Part shown: one piece after another, positions 1 to 10,760 of the stretch
Layout: every line of letters starts with the position of its first letter
Position numbering within the stretch: the first letter of the stretch is position 1
Assembly (NCBI RefSeq): GCF_018350175.1
Contig: NC_058368.1
Location: 170,564,001-170,628,000 of the forward strand
Source of the DNA: Felis catus
Lineage: Eukaryota
Direction: 5' to 3'
DNA length: 64,000 nucleotides
Translations under genes and position numbers: made by a program
The notes under the pieces: model-generated
The model's input: only the letters and a program-made list of their open reading frames with translations
Told to the model about the DNA's origin: nothing
The model's database searches: none

Positions 1-39
1 ACAATCACCTTCAATCCCAATACCCTCCCTGTTAAGCAC

Positions 40-1900
40 CAATTGTTAACTTTCTACCTAGACCTTTTTCCATGAATGTATATACATGCTATATATAAGC
101 ACAGGAAATGAAGTGTATAGTTTCAATTTTTACCTAAATATATGCATATCATTCTACAACTTTTCTACTTGGCTTATTTCAGTATAATCACACCTAATTT
201 CTTTACTTTGTTTAAAAAAAAAGAAAGATTGTTCCACAATTATTTAGTCTAAAATGGACACTTAAGGGAGTTTTGTTTTGTTTTTTCCTGATTACAAAAC
301 AATGCTAAAGGAACATCATCCTGTATTACACTGTGCATAAAAGGATTTCTCTGTAGTATATGCTTAGGCTTTGAATTGTTGGACCCAAGTCAGGCAGTTT
401 TAAAGGGATATTTCAAGAGATACTTCAGTTGGCTTCCAAAATGGCTGTTATCAATTTGCAGTTTCTTTGCAGCAATGGAGGAGTATCCATTTCCTAGGAC
501 ACTTGATATTAGATTTTTAAATTTTTTATTTAATGAGTAAAAACTTGTTTTTTTTATTGTTTTAATTCAAAACTCTGACAGTAGTAAGGATGGGCATCTT
601 TTCATGTTTATTTTAGACCATTTTTATATAACTTATGTGACTTGCCTTTTGGCAACATGGCTCATTTTTTTGTTGAATGATTTGTCATTATCTCATGGGT
701 TTTTTTTGTTGTTGTTTTTCATATGGTGTAGATATTAGTCTTTTATGTCTGTTACCAATGTTTACTCATTGATCACTTGTATTTAAGTTTACTTATGGTG
801 TCTTTTTTAATAGATGTTTTATATTTATATATACAAGTTGATAATTTTTATTACTTATTTCAAAATATAAAACATATTCTTTATTCTAAGACATTTATCA
901 TGTGTGCATCCCATCAGTTCTTCATTGAGACTTGATTTTTGGAAGAGTAAGATATAGAGCTACTTTTATTCAAAAATTCAAAAACCATTAATGAATTCCA
1001 CTCTTCTCACTGATTGGAAATGCTGTTTTATTATGTGCTAAATTCTTTGAGATATTTGATATCCCAAATAAATAATAAATTGCTTCTAGTAACAATAAAT
1101 AATACATTGTTTCTAGTTTGCTGATGTATTTTCAGTTTTGTTGGGGTTAACATCTTCGTAATGCTTTTCCCAAAAATGTCTTGACTGTTGGTGAGCATAT
1201 CTTGAAGTTATGTTTTTGTGCTAAATTAATAGGATTTGGAGAGATTTACAATAGTATTTCTCTTCAAGAACAGTATGAATTCATTAAACTAGATCTTTTG
1301 TGGACTTGGTTTAATAAGACTTCTTTACATGCATTTTTGACAGATTTATTTCTGGGTGTTTAATTTTTGTTGCTATAGTGAAATAGACCTTTTTTCTAAT
1401 ACGTTTTATAATTGCTCATTGCTGTCATGGCAAAAGCAATTTTGTTTTTATATACTAATTTATTATGATGCTGCAGAACTCCTTTAAAAGTTTGTCAACA
1501 TTCTTACTTAAAAAATCCACAAGAATCCCATCTTTTCCAATTGATGAGATTATTTCCTATACAATATTCATATTTTATTTAATTGTTCTTAAGATTGCTT
1601 TAGCTAGTATCTAGCACAGAATGTTGGATACTGAAGTGTCTAGAAAGTAATAGTCTTGCTACTGACTTCAGTGAAAAAACTTTTAATGTGTCACCATTAA
1701 GGATAATATATGCTATGAATTTCTAGTAGATATCCTTTGTTCAGTTCTATTTTATGATTTTCTACTTAAAATTTAAACTAGTAGGTATAAAATTTTATTA
1801 AGTGATTATTCTGCATATATTGGAGGATCAGTATCTTTAGTGTCATTTAGTGAATTTTATTCAAAGATTTCTAATATTAAGTTATTTTTCATTCTTAGGA
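40..1900 (-). mobile_element. Ancient, highly degraded L1 (L1M-type) 3' fragments
   Basis: T-rich tract with motifs typical of reverse-oriented old L1 3' ends (e.g. 'ttgtggacttgg', 'tttttgttgctatagtgaa', 'aatgtgtcaccattaagg'); boundaries approximate. Confidence 0.5.
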
Positions 1901-1965
1901 TAATAGAAATGTTTCCAAGTAAGATGAAACTAGTGTATTTTTCTGTTTCAAAGAGTTATCCTTGA

Positions 1966-2070
1966 TTTTTTTTTTTTTTTAAGTAACCTCTAAACCCATG
2001 GTGGGACTTGAACTCATGACCTCGAGATCAAGAGTTGCATGCTGTACTGACTGAGTCAGCCAGGTGCCCC
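1966..2070 (-). mobile_element. Short tRNA-Lys-derived Can-SINE (SINEC_c-like)
   Basis: Reverse strand reads GGGGCACCTGGCTGACTCAGTCAGTACAGCATGCAACTCTTGATCTC...GAGGTTACTT-polyA; flanked by tatccttg direct repeat. Confidence 0.85.
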
Positions 2071-2127
2071 TATCCTTGGTATTTTTTTAAAACTTGCTTA
2101 GTCAAAGGGGAAAAGCCTTGCACAAAG

Positions 2128-2130
<3 letters not shown>

Positions 2131-2162
<32 letters not shown>

Positions 2163-2342
2163 GTTTGTGTTTGAGAGACAGCATGAGCGGGGCAGGGGCA
2201 GAGAAAGATGGAGAATCCAAAGCAGGCTCTAGGTTCTGAGCTGTCAGCACAGAGACTGCTGCGGGGCTCGAACTCAGGAACTGTGAGATCATGACTTGAG
2301 CCAAAGTGGGATGCTTAACCAACTGAGCCACCCAGACGCCCC
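2131..2342 (-). mobile_element. Can-SINE (SINEC_Fc-type)
   Basis: polyT tail, tRNA-like head; TSD ccttgcacaaagtct on both sides. Confidence 0.95.
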
Positions 2343-3269
2343 TTGCACAAAGTCTTGAGATTTTTGCCCATTTAATTTTTTCTATGGTTACTGAACTAAT
2401 TTGTTTTTCTATCTCTTCACAAACCAGTATTGGTAAATTACGTTTTCCTTACAAATCATGACTTTAATCTAGATTTTGAAATTTATTAATGTAAGTTATA
2501 TTGGGGTTATGCTTTTTTATTAATTGCTTGGTTCCAAGTGACAGAAACCCAACTTAAATACATGAGTGTCAAATACAACGTCCAGGGATAATGTTGGCTT
2601 TACCTACTGCTATATCCACAGATTTCTCAAGAATCAGTCAGGTTCTCTAGATCTCCTTTTTGCTGCCGTTATTGGCTAATTGTATAGTCATGATCTCTTC
2701 ATCCTCTGACTCATCAGATACTTATTGAGGACCTACTATATACTAGAACTTTTTTGTGTGCTAGAAATATACATGATCAAAACTTAAGGTAATACGCTCT
2801 GAATTGGCATGTTTTCCCCATAAACTAATTAGAGATTATCTTTAAACAAATCCTGAAATACAAGTCTACTTAAACTTTGAACCGTAGTTGAGGGGTGGGC
2901 CGTATAATGACATACGTAAGCAGAGGGAGAGGCCAGTGAAAGTTTACACACACATTTCCATGTGGGTGACATTTGGAGAACTCTGGAAGTTTCCACCTGC
3001 TGCTTGAAGGGAAATGAGGCACAGAGTTGAGAGTATAGCGCCAACAGGCTATCTCTAGAGCCACTGGCAGAGTGATCTGTAACCCTATAGGAGGGTGTAG
3101 CGGTATCATCCTACTTCAGGGACCAGTTGGAAGGTCGGCTGAGATTCAGGGCACAGGCTAAGTAGGATGAAGATGGTGGGTGGAGGGAAGGGGCGGGGAG
3201 AATCTGGCAACACAGATGGCTTTCCCTCTACTCACATGCCACCTTGGAAAGGAGACGGGAGTGGATTGG

Positions 3270-3663
3270 TGTTTGTGAGCACTGAAGAAAAAGTTCTCAG
3301 ACACTTTGAGCTGATGTTCAGGGCTGCTTCGGCCAGCAAAAACAGCAGCAGCAGCAAACTGCACATAGCTTTTATTTTTTTAATCAGGTATCAGTATTAA
3401 AGAATATCAAGGTATAGAACGAGAAAACAAAGGATCTTCTGGTGGTTATGTGAAAACATGCAGAAAATACATGCAGCTCCAAGGAGTGCCAGAAAGTTAC
3501 AAAGGATTTTGTATCTAACTGTCATCTGGGGAGATCATGGGGCTCTGTTCTCATCATGCTATCATGTGTGGCAGCCGTGAGACCAGAACATTGCTGACAA
3601 TACAGCAATTACCCCATTCACCCTTCAGGACTTAACAATACATTTTCTAGAAGTAACTCCACA
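3270..3663 (-). mobile_element. 3' LTR of the provirus
   Basis: Begins TGTGGAGTTAC on minus strand directly after the PPT; contains AATAAA and a (CTG)4 run; aligns to 9050-9454. Confidence 0.93.
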
Positions 3664-5350
3664 TCTCCCCCGTTTTGTTTTTTATTAGCAGGACCAAGAG
3701 TTGTCATAGAAGTGAGCAACTGGGTATTGCTAAAGAACATCTTGGGTGACTTGTTAGGGGAGCAAAGAGACCTCATCGTTTTGATAACTTCAACAAAAAA
3801 CAAGATCATTAGCAGTATTATAATAGTGTTAAACCAGGAGTATAGATTAAACCCAGAGAACCAATTTTTTGGATTGATTCAGTTAGAAATATGAATTAGA
3901 GTGTCAATTGTGGCCTGTTGGCTTTCTTGTTGAAGCTCTCGTTATTGTGCAATCTGATTTCCAAGTTGTTAATGGAGACGTTTAGGGGCGAGTCAAATGC
4001 CTGATTAAGATGTCTATGCATCTGATTCCAGGACTCATTGTATTAAATGGGAATGATACAGTAGATCGTGAAACTTGAGCCACATACAAGTTGTGATCAG
4101 GTCCATAATGCTTGTTGATGTTCTAGCCAGACAATAGCAGTTTCTGATGGCTGAAGTTGGGCAAGGATTTGTTGAAAAATTCTCATTTGTTCTTCCATAT
4201 CTAATATAGTATTATGCATATATTGATTTATTTGGTGTGCAGTTTTTAAGGAGATAGCTAAAGAGGTGGCTGCTGTATTTGCTGTTACTGCAAGTGCTGT
4301 ATCAATGTTTAGAACAATTGTACTGGACCCTTCTAAGTTGGTCCTTTATTCTGTACCATACTTTGGGTTTTGGGAGTTCTTTTGTCATTTGAACTCCTCC
4401 TCAGGAGGAGGCCAGTCCTCCAACAGGAAGTTTTAATAGAGGAATAGGCACTAGTGGAATATTTACATCCAAGTATCAGACCCACAAATCCGGGATTCCA
4501 TCTGGGGTTAGAAGCATCATAATGGAAAGGAAGTGACCAATTCCAGGTATGTCCTTCCCAAGTTCTATTACTTTTTATCACTGTCAGTCCTTAGGGTCCC
4601 CAATTTGTAAGAATTGTATTGTTAAATAGGGATATTTGGGTAAAATTATGAGAATGGCAAAGGTTCCATGAAAAGCCATCATAGGACTACATCTTTAGCC
4701 AGGGTCTGGTGCATATTGGCACTGGAGGTTTTGGTATTCATTTTCCCTTAGTCATGTTTCCTCCTATTACTATTGTGAGAACAAAATGTTGACATTTGAT
4801 AGTACTTAGCCAAGATTCATCTTTTGGTGTTTTAAGTATGCTATTTATATACCACCACTTGTCAAGAGGGATACAGAGGCTTTTGTTAATATTGCTAGTG
4901 TTAGGATTATAACAGAAACATAGAGGGATGCCCAAGTGAGGAAAAGACCGATTTATTGAGAGTCTATGTGATGGATAGTTAGATGAATCATCAGCATTAA
5001 TGGGAATCCAATGTCTTCCAGTAATAGAGGAGTCATTAGACAAGAAAGGAGTTTGGGGATCTTCCCAAGAAACTAGATCAAACACAGGAAGTCTAAGAAG
5101 ATAAGCTCCGTAGGTAAAAGTAGAATGTGAGTGAGCAAAATCAACAGGTAAAGAATGCAGACATATTAGCAGGAATATTACCTTTACTGAGTTGGCAGGA
5201 AGGCAAGAGATGATAGGGTCATCTCTTTTCAGGAGTCACGGGCATGGCCGTGTTGATTAGAAACTCTTCACCCTGTGAGGTTAGTTTTTTAACATTGGCC
5301 TCCATCTCCAGGAGATGCCTCCATTGGCCAAGTGATCAGTCTTCTTCTAT
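3618..5350 (-). pseudogene. env: Betaretrovirus-type envelope (signal peptide-SU-TM), disrupted by stops and frameshifts
   Basis: Manual translation: signal region VKKLTSQGEEFLINTAMPVTPE; SU start FTYGAYLLRLPVFDLVSWEDPQTPFLSNDSSITG (cf. YWAY..P....V.W......NDS of HERV-K/MMTV/JSRV); TM ALAVTANTAATSLAISL...TAIVWLEHQQ...QLVCGSSFTIYCIIPI*YNESWNQMHRHL (CX7C loop) and INPKNW...TIIILLMILFF. Confidence 0.9.
3664..3686 (-). other. Polypurine tract of the provirus
   Basis: Minus strand AATAAAAAACAAAACGGGGGAGA abutting the LTR TG; encodes ...KKQNGGD, like the env C-terminus of HERV-K (KRKGGNV). Confidence 0.9.
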
Positions 5351-5390
5351 GGATTTGATCCCGCTGGGAGGGGTCATTGTCATCATTATA

Positions 5391-5423
5391 ACCTTGTGGG
5401 TTATAAGGAATTCCAGTGGAGTG
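5391..5423 (-). pseudogene. pol: Integrase core remnant (HSTGIPYNPQG)
   Basis: Matches the conserved retroviral IN motif H.TGIPYNPQG that precedes the catalytic E; similarity stops immediately on both sides. Confidence 0.8.
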
Positions 5424-5809
5424 GTATGTTCCAGGTAACATTCCAAATAAAAAGGCCCAACTGGTCAAAAGATTTCATTTATAATTTAAATCTTGGGAAG
5501 TTTGTTGAAACCTTAGAAAGTTATAAAGCACATCCTAAATAGGATTACAATAGATTATTATAAGTCTTAATTATTTATTTAACCAAGGTGGCAATAAGTG
5601 ATTTTTTCAATACAAATATGTAGGGTTATATAGTTGTTTGCAAAATTTAGTTCTATTAACATTGAGAAGTTTTAACTAAGTAATCAAAGACCTGGTAAAG
5701 AAAAAACATAAAGCTTTGGTTTTTTTGGCAGACAAAAGAGAAAAGACCTTTTTTTACTTTTTTTTTTTCTCAAGAGCAAATCAACAATCCAAGAAAATCT
5801 TGTCTTTTC

Positions 5810-7180
5810 ACACAGACAAATGGAATAGGATAGAGAACCCAGAATTGGACCCACAAATGTATGGCCAACTAATCTTTGACAAAGCAGGAAAGAGCATCCA
5901 ATGGAAAAAAGTCTCTTCAGCAAATGGTGCTTGGAGAACTGGACAGCAACATGCAGAAGAATGAAACTAGACCACTTTCTTATACCATACACAAAAATCA
6001 ACTCAAAATGGATGAAAGGCCTAAATGTGAGACAGGAAACCATCAAAACCCTAGAGGAGAAAGCAGGCAACAACCTCTTTGACCTCAGCCGCAACAATAC
6101 CTTACTAGACACATCACCAAAGGCAAGGGAATTAAAAGCAAAAATGAACTATTGTGACCTCATCAAGATAAAAACCTTCTGCACTGCAAAGGAAACAATC
6201 AACAAAACTAAAAGGCAACCAATGGAATGGGAAAAGATATTTGCAAATGACATATCGGATAAAGGGCTAGTATCCAAAATCTATAAAGAATTTACCAAAC
6301 TCCACACCCAGAAAACAAATAATCCAGTGAAGAAATGGGAAGAAGACATGAATAGACACTTTTCCAAAGAAGACAACCAGATGGCCAACAGACACGTGAA
6401 AAGATGTTCAACGTCACTCAGCATCAGGGAAATACAAAGAAAAGCCACACTGAGATACCATGTCACACTGGTCAGAGTGGCTAAAATGAACAAATCGGGA
6501 AACTACAGATGCTAGCAAGGATGTGGAGAAACAAGAACCCTGTTGCACTGTTGGTGGGAGTGCAAACTGGTGCAACCTCTCTGGAAAACAGTGTGGATGT
6601 CCCTCAAAAAATTAAAAATAGAGCTTCCCTATGACCTAGCAATAGCACTACTAGGAACTTACCCAAGAGATACAGGAGTGCTGATGCATAGGGGCACATG
6701 TACCCCAATGTTTATAGCAGCACTTTCAACAATAGCCAAATTATGGAAAGAGCCTGAATGTCCACCAACTGATGAATGGATAAGAAGATGTGGTTTATAT
6801 ATTCAATGGAATACTGCTTGGCAATGAGATAGAATGAAATCATTCCATTTGCAGCAATGTGGATGGAACTGGAAGGTATTATGCTGGGTGAAATAAGTCA
6901 GAGAAGGACAGATATCATATGTTTTTACTCATATGTGGATCTTGAGAAACTGAACAGATGACCATGGAGGAAGGGTAGAGGGAAAAATAGTTACAAACAG
7001 AGAGGGAGGGAGGCAAACCATAGGAGACTCTTAAATATACAGAGAACAAACTGAGGGTGGATGGGGGGGGGCGTAAGGGAGAGGGAAAATAGGGAGAGGA
7101 AGGCACTTGTTGGGATGAGCACTGGGTGTTGTATGTAAGCCAATTTAACAATAAATTATATTCCTAAAAAAAGAACCTAG
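5810..7180 (+). mobile_element. 5'-truncated L1 (L1_Fc-type) inserted in the ERV; ORF2 C-terminal pseudogene plus 3' UTR
   Basis: ORFs 5901-6515 and 6543-6827 are L1 ORF2 (KWCLENW...[13 protein letters not shown]); felid 3' UTR 'gatgagcactgggtgttgtatg'; A-rich tail; only a degenerate TSD (aaaatcttgtctttt / aaaacccttctctttt). Confidence 0.95.
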
Positions 7181-7435
7181 AAAAAAAAAACCCTTCTCTT
7201 TTGAACAGAGAAAAAAGCAGAATTTCAATCTTGTATTGGTGTATTTTAAAAATCCATTCATTTTAACCTTAGTCTTTACCGTACATAAAATTCCTTTTCA
7301 GACTTCCCTTCACGAACCTCCTGTAACTTGCCTTAGCATTTAGATTTTGTCCCAAGCCATTTCTCTTCAAGCCACCAGTCTTATGTAGGACAAAATTATT
7401 TTCTTTTACCTTCATCAAAAATATATTTCCTTTTC

Positions 7436-7645
7436 GGGGCGCCTGGGTGGCGCAGTCGGTTGAGCGTCCGACTTCAGCCAGGTCACGATCTCGCCGTCCG
7501 TGAGTTCGAGCCCCGCGTCGGGCTCTGGGCTGATGGCTCAGAGCCTGGAGCCTGTTTCCGATTCTGTGTCTCCCTCTCTCTCTGCCCCTCCCCCGTTCAT
7601 GCTCTGTCTCTCTCTGTCCCAAAAATAAATAAACGTTGAAAAAAA
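7436..7645 (+). mobile_element. Young SINEC_Fc inserted in the ERV
   Basis: CpGs intact; perfect TSD aaaaatatatttccttttc. Confidence 0.97.
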
Positions 7646-8388
7646 AATATATTTCCTTTTCTTATACCTTTTTTTGACATATCTCCTACTTTTCTACATA
7701 CAGAGTTGCTTTATTTTCATCAGCCTTAATTACATTTAGCAGAATTTTAACTCTTAGAAACCTTAGTTTCCAGTGAAAACTGGAAGTAGTACTACTGAAG
7801 TAGTAACCAATTGTGAACTGTTACATTCTTTAAATGTAATGTTAGAATTCTTTAAATGGCAAATTTACGAATCATTTAAGCATAAAGCATTAAGCTTTTG
7901 GGCAGGCCCAAATATCCTTAGTTTTCCAGTAATAAGTCAAAAATATAAACCTACATTTAATAGTTAATGCTTCAGCATTCCATCTGATTTGGAAAAGGCT
8001 TAAATGTCCAATGCATTTAATTTTAATTTATTATCCAAGCAAACCTTTAAAGTTTTAGGTTATCAAAGACCCTGAGAGCTATCTTAACAATTATTCATGA
8101 AAATCTTTGAGATAGAATTAGCCATCATTTTAAGTCGTCTTTTTGTTAACAAATTGCAGCAGAGATAACATGAGCTTATTTGACCTTCAGTAAACATAGG
8201 TAGAAAAAGTTTTATATTTAGTGTTGATAATTCTAAAGACAGGTGTATTTTAATGGAAACAATAAACTTAAATCACTTTAACTACCAAATATGTTCAATT
8301 TGGGTCCATTTGAAAATAAGCAATTTGTTTACCATTGTCAGTTTTATCTGGGACATTGGTGGGGAGACTGGAAATGGGTAGTGTAAGT

Positions 8389-8560
8389 CTAAGGGGATGC
8401 TCTTTGCTCCTTGACAGCAAAGGGAGGAGGTGTCGAGGGTTCCAGAGGCATGGAAGATGTAGGCTGCACCCAAGGTGGTGCAGAAACTGGAGGAGGGTGA
8501 AGGGAAGGCAGAAGAGGTGAGGTGCCTCCAGGAAGGCTGGAGGTGGATAAAAGTCCAGTG
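8389..8560 (-). pseudogene. Possible proline-rich Gag remnant
   Basis: Minus-strand frame GLLSTSSLPGGTSPLLPSLHPPPVSAPPWVQPTSSMPLEPSTPPPFAVKEQRASP*, at the position expected for the Gag late-domain region; no MA/CA/NC motif recognised. Confidence 0.35.
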
Positions 8561-8940
8561 GACAGAGAAAGAGGTTCTCCAGTCCTAATGCCCGTCAGCT
8601 AGGACAGATGAGCAGATGCAGGGGTTTTTTTTTTGTTTGTGTGGAAATGGGAAGTTTTCCGAAACAAAAGGAGTTTCAGCAGCTTAGGAATATTCCTTAA
8701 AACCTCCTTCCTGAGGTAGACTAACCAGAGACAATTGGCTCCAATTCTCATAGTCTAATTAACTCAGGTAATGAATGAGGGAGAGGCCCCCACATACAGT
8801 TAGAGTAACCTGAGTCTATTAGGAAGGATGTACAGTGAGAGCAAAAGAAACAAGAAGACAAGGGATTGTGCACGCCTGATTGGAACAGAAAAGATTAAGG
8901 ATATTTTTCTCATCTCATTACAAGCATTGAGTGCCCTAGT

Positions 8941-8949
8941 TCCTACCTG
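8941..8949 (-). promoter_or_regulatory. Candidate retroviral major splice donor CAG|GTAGGA
   Basis: About 85 nt downstream of the PBS on the ERV sense strand. Confidence 0.5.
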
Positions 8950-9030
8950 GATGAGCGGATGGCCTTTCCCCGTTTTTGGGCCTGAGAGATGAGATGCGCA
9001 GCTACAGCCTGGAGGCAGTCAATTCTGCTG

Positions 9031-9047
9031 GTCCCTTTCGGGCGCCA
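9031..9047 (-). other. Primer binding site, tRNA-Lys3 type
   Basis: Minus strand TGGCGCCCGAAAGGGAC, 2 nt after the LTR CA; differs from the Lys3 PBS TGGCGCCCGAACAGGGAC by one deleted base. Confidence 0.9.
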
Positions 9048-9049
9048 CT

Positions 9050-9454
9050 TGTTGCCTCGCACCGAAGAAGAAGTTCTCAGACACTTAGACTGAGCTGACA
9101 TGCAGGGCTGCTTCGGCCAGCGAAAACAGCAGCAGCAGCAAACTGCACGCAGCTTTTATTTTATTTTTTTTAATCAGATATCAGTATTCAAGAATATCAA
9201 GGCATAGAACAAGAAAACAAAGGATCTTCTGGTGGTTATGTGAAAACATGCAGAAAGTACATGCAGCTCCAAGGACTGCCAGGAAGTTACAAGGGATTTT
9301 GTATCTAACCGTCATTTGGGGGGGATCATGGGGCTCTGTTCTCATAATGCTATCACGTATGGCAGCCTTGAGACCAGAACATTGCTGACGATTCAGCAAT
9401 TACCCCCATCCACCCTTCAGGACTTACAATACACTTTCTAGAAATAACTCCACA
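9050..9454 (-). mobile_element. 5' LTR of the provirus
   Basis: TGTGGAG...GCAACA on minus strand followed by the PBS; roughly 33 substitutions and 4 indels versus the 3' LTR by hand count. Confidence 0.93.
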
Positions 9455-10459
9455 GATTAGAGCACTGAAAAGAAAGAAACAGACTTAGTAGAAACTTTGA
9501 ACACTAAATTTCACTATTCAAAAAAGCCTAGGCTAATGTGAAAGAGATAGCATACTTTTTATTTGGTAATTTTGTACCCCCACCCCATACTCCAACTCCA
9601 GTTGTATAAGGGCTTATGGATGATATTTTATCAGTTATAAAACGAATTTTATGGGGAATTTTTTTCAGTGTCTGTTCTATATGTTCAATTTCCCAGTTCC
9701 AGTTATCCAGCTGAATTCTACTAAATAACCTGTAAAGAGGTATATACAACAGTTTTCATCTCCATTTTTAAAAAGTGATTTATTTGGGCCACAAAATATG
9801 TAGATACAATGACTTAATGTTCACTGAAAAGAAATTTCAGTATTTATACAAATACTAGACAAATAATTTTTAGTAGTATCATTTATTTGCTGTTAATGTC
9901 CAGCAATGAGTATTCCCAATCAGAGTTTTGGTTGGTTGGTTCGTTGGGGTTTTTTTGCTACCATTTAAATATTTTCCACTATCTCTGACTCAGTTCCAGT
10001 CTTTACAACTTATTTATTTTGGCTCTTTTGCGTCATCTGAACTTTCCAAGTCTGGCATCTCGTCCTACAATTCTGGCCCATGTTTCCTCACTCCTAGTCA
10101 CACCCTGCTCTTTAGCATAAATATTATGCAAGTCCAGTGGGCGAATGAGTGGCAAGTGACTGGGTTGCCGGGCCTGGATTCACCCTAAGAAGTATATACC
10201 AAAGGTGACAGCCTTCCTATCCAGCAAGGTGTTGCACTCCTTCCTTCCTTAATTTATTCCTTCTGTCTCATCACATACTTAGCACCTTCTCTGTCTCAGA
10301 TGCTGTTTAATGCTCTTGAAATGCTTAAGAAAACAAAACATATAAGGACTCTTGTCCTTAATTTTAGCTCATTTGTTTATATTATTTTGCTTGCCCTTTT
10401 GTCTTTGCTCTCTTTTAGAGCAAAGACGAAAAACAAATTGTTTCTGGGCCGTTACTCTG

Positions 10460-10760
10460 CAAAACACGGGTAGCCAGGAGTTGGTTTCAAAGTGCGGAAA
10501 ATGCGTGCGTGAGCGGAGGTGCGCGTGTGCGCGTGTGCGCGTGCGCGCGTGCGTGTGGCGTGTAGGGGCGGTCTCACGTAGCTTCTGAACGTACTTGCAT
10601 ACCTCCATGGTGGCGCGGGCGGAGTGCAGTATGACAAAACCCCTGCTTGCTTTTTGCTGCCATTCTCGTTCTAACAAAGGATTTGATTGTAACTTTGAAA
10701 GGCAGTGCATACGGAGAGATAAAATAATTAGGGAGAAAAAAAAAAAAAACAAAGCACCAC
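10460..10760 (-). promoter_or_regulatory. Small CpG-rich promoter / first-exon region
   Basis: Only dense non-repeat CpG cluster in the window; GC boxes (GGGGCGG, GGGCGG), (GC/GT)n tract with NRF1-like TGCGCGTGCGC, CGGAA. Confidence 0.7.
10603..10608 (-). CDS. Candidate first coding micro-exon (Met-Glu|, phase 0) of an unidentified gene
   Basis: ccgcccgcGCCACC-ATG-GAG|gtatgc: perfect Kozak context followed by a splice donor, inside the CpG cluster. Confidence 0.7.

Larger units (their letters stand above)
3270..9454 (-). mobile_element. Defective betaretrovirus-like (class II/ERV2) provirus with two LTRs
   Basis: Direct repeats 3270-3663 and 9050-9454 with TG...CA termini; 6-bp TSD gattgg (3264-3269) / gattag (9455-9460); PBS, PPT, env and integrase remnants all on minus strand. 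Confidence 0.93.

Noticed and set aside
1966..2070. tRNA-Lys-like sequence
   Set aside because: Has an A tail and TSD and is decayed: a SINE, not a tRNA gene (same for the other SINE heads)
3618..5350. env as a possible domesticated (syncytin-like or restriction) gene
   Set aside because: Multiple stops and frameshifts and a degenerate furin site; longest open piece is about 115 aa
5901..6827. Longest ORFs in the window (204 aa and 94 aa)
   Set aside because: Fragments of a truncated L1 ORF2 with a premature stop; not a host gene
10369..10608. Unspliced ORF MEVCKYVQKLRETAPTRHTHAR... from the Kozak ATG
   Set aside because: Runs through a dinucleotide repeat; a donor right after codon 2 is the simpler explanation
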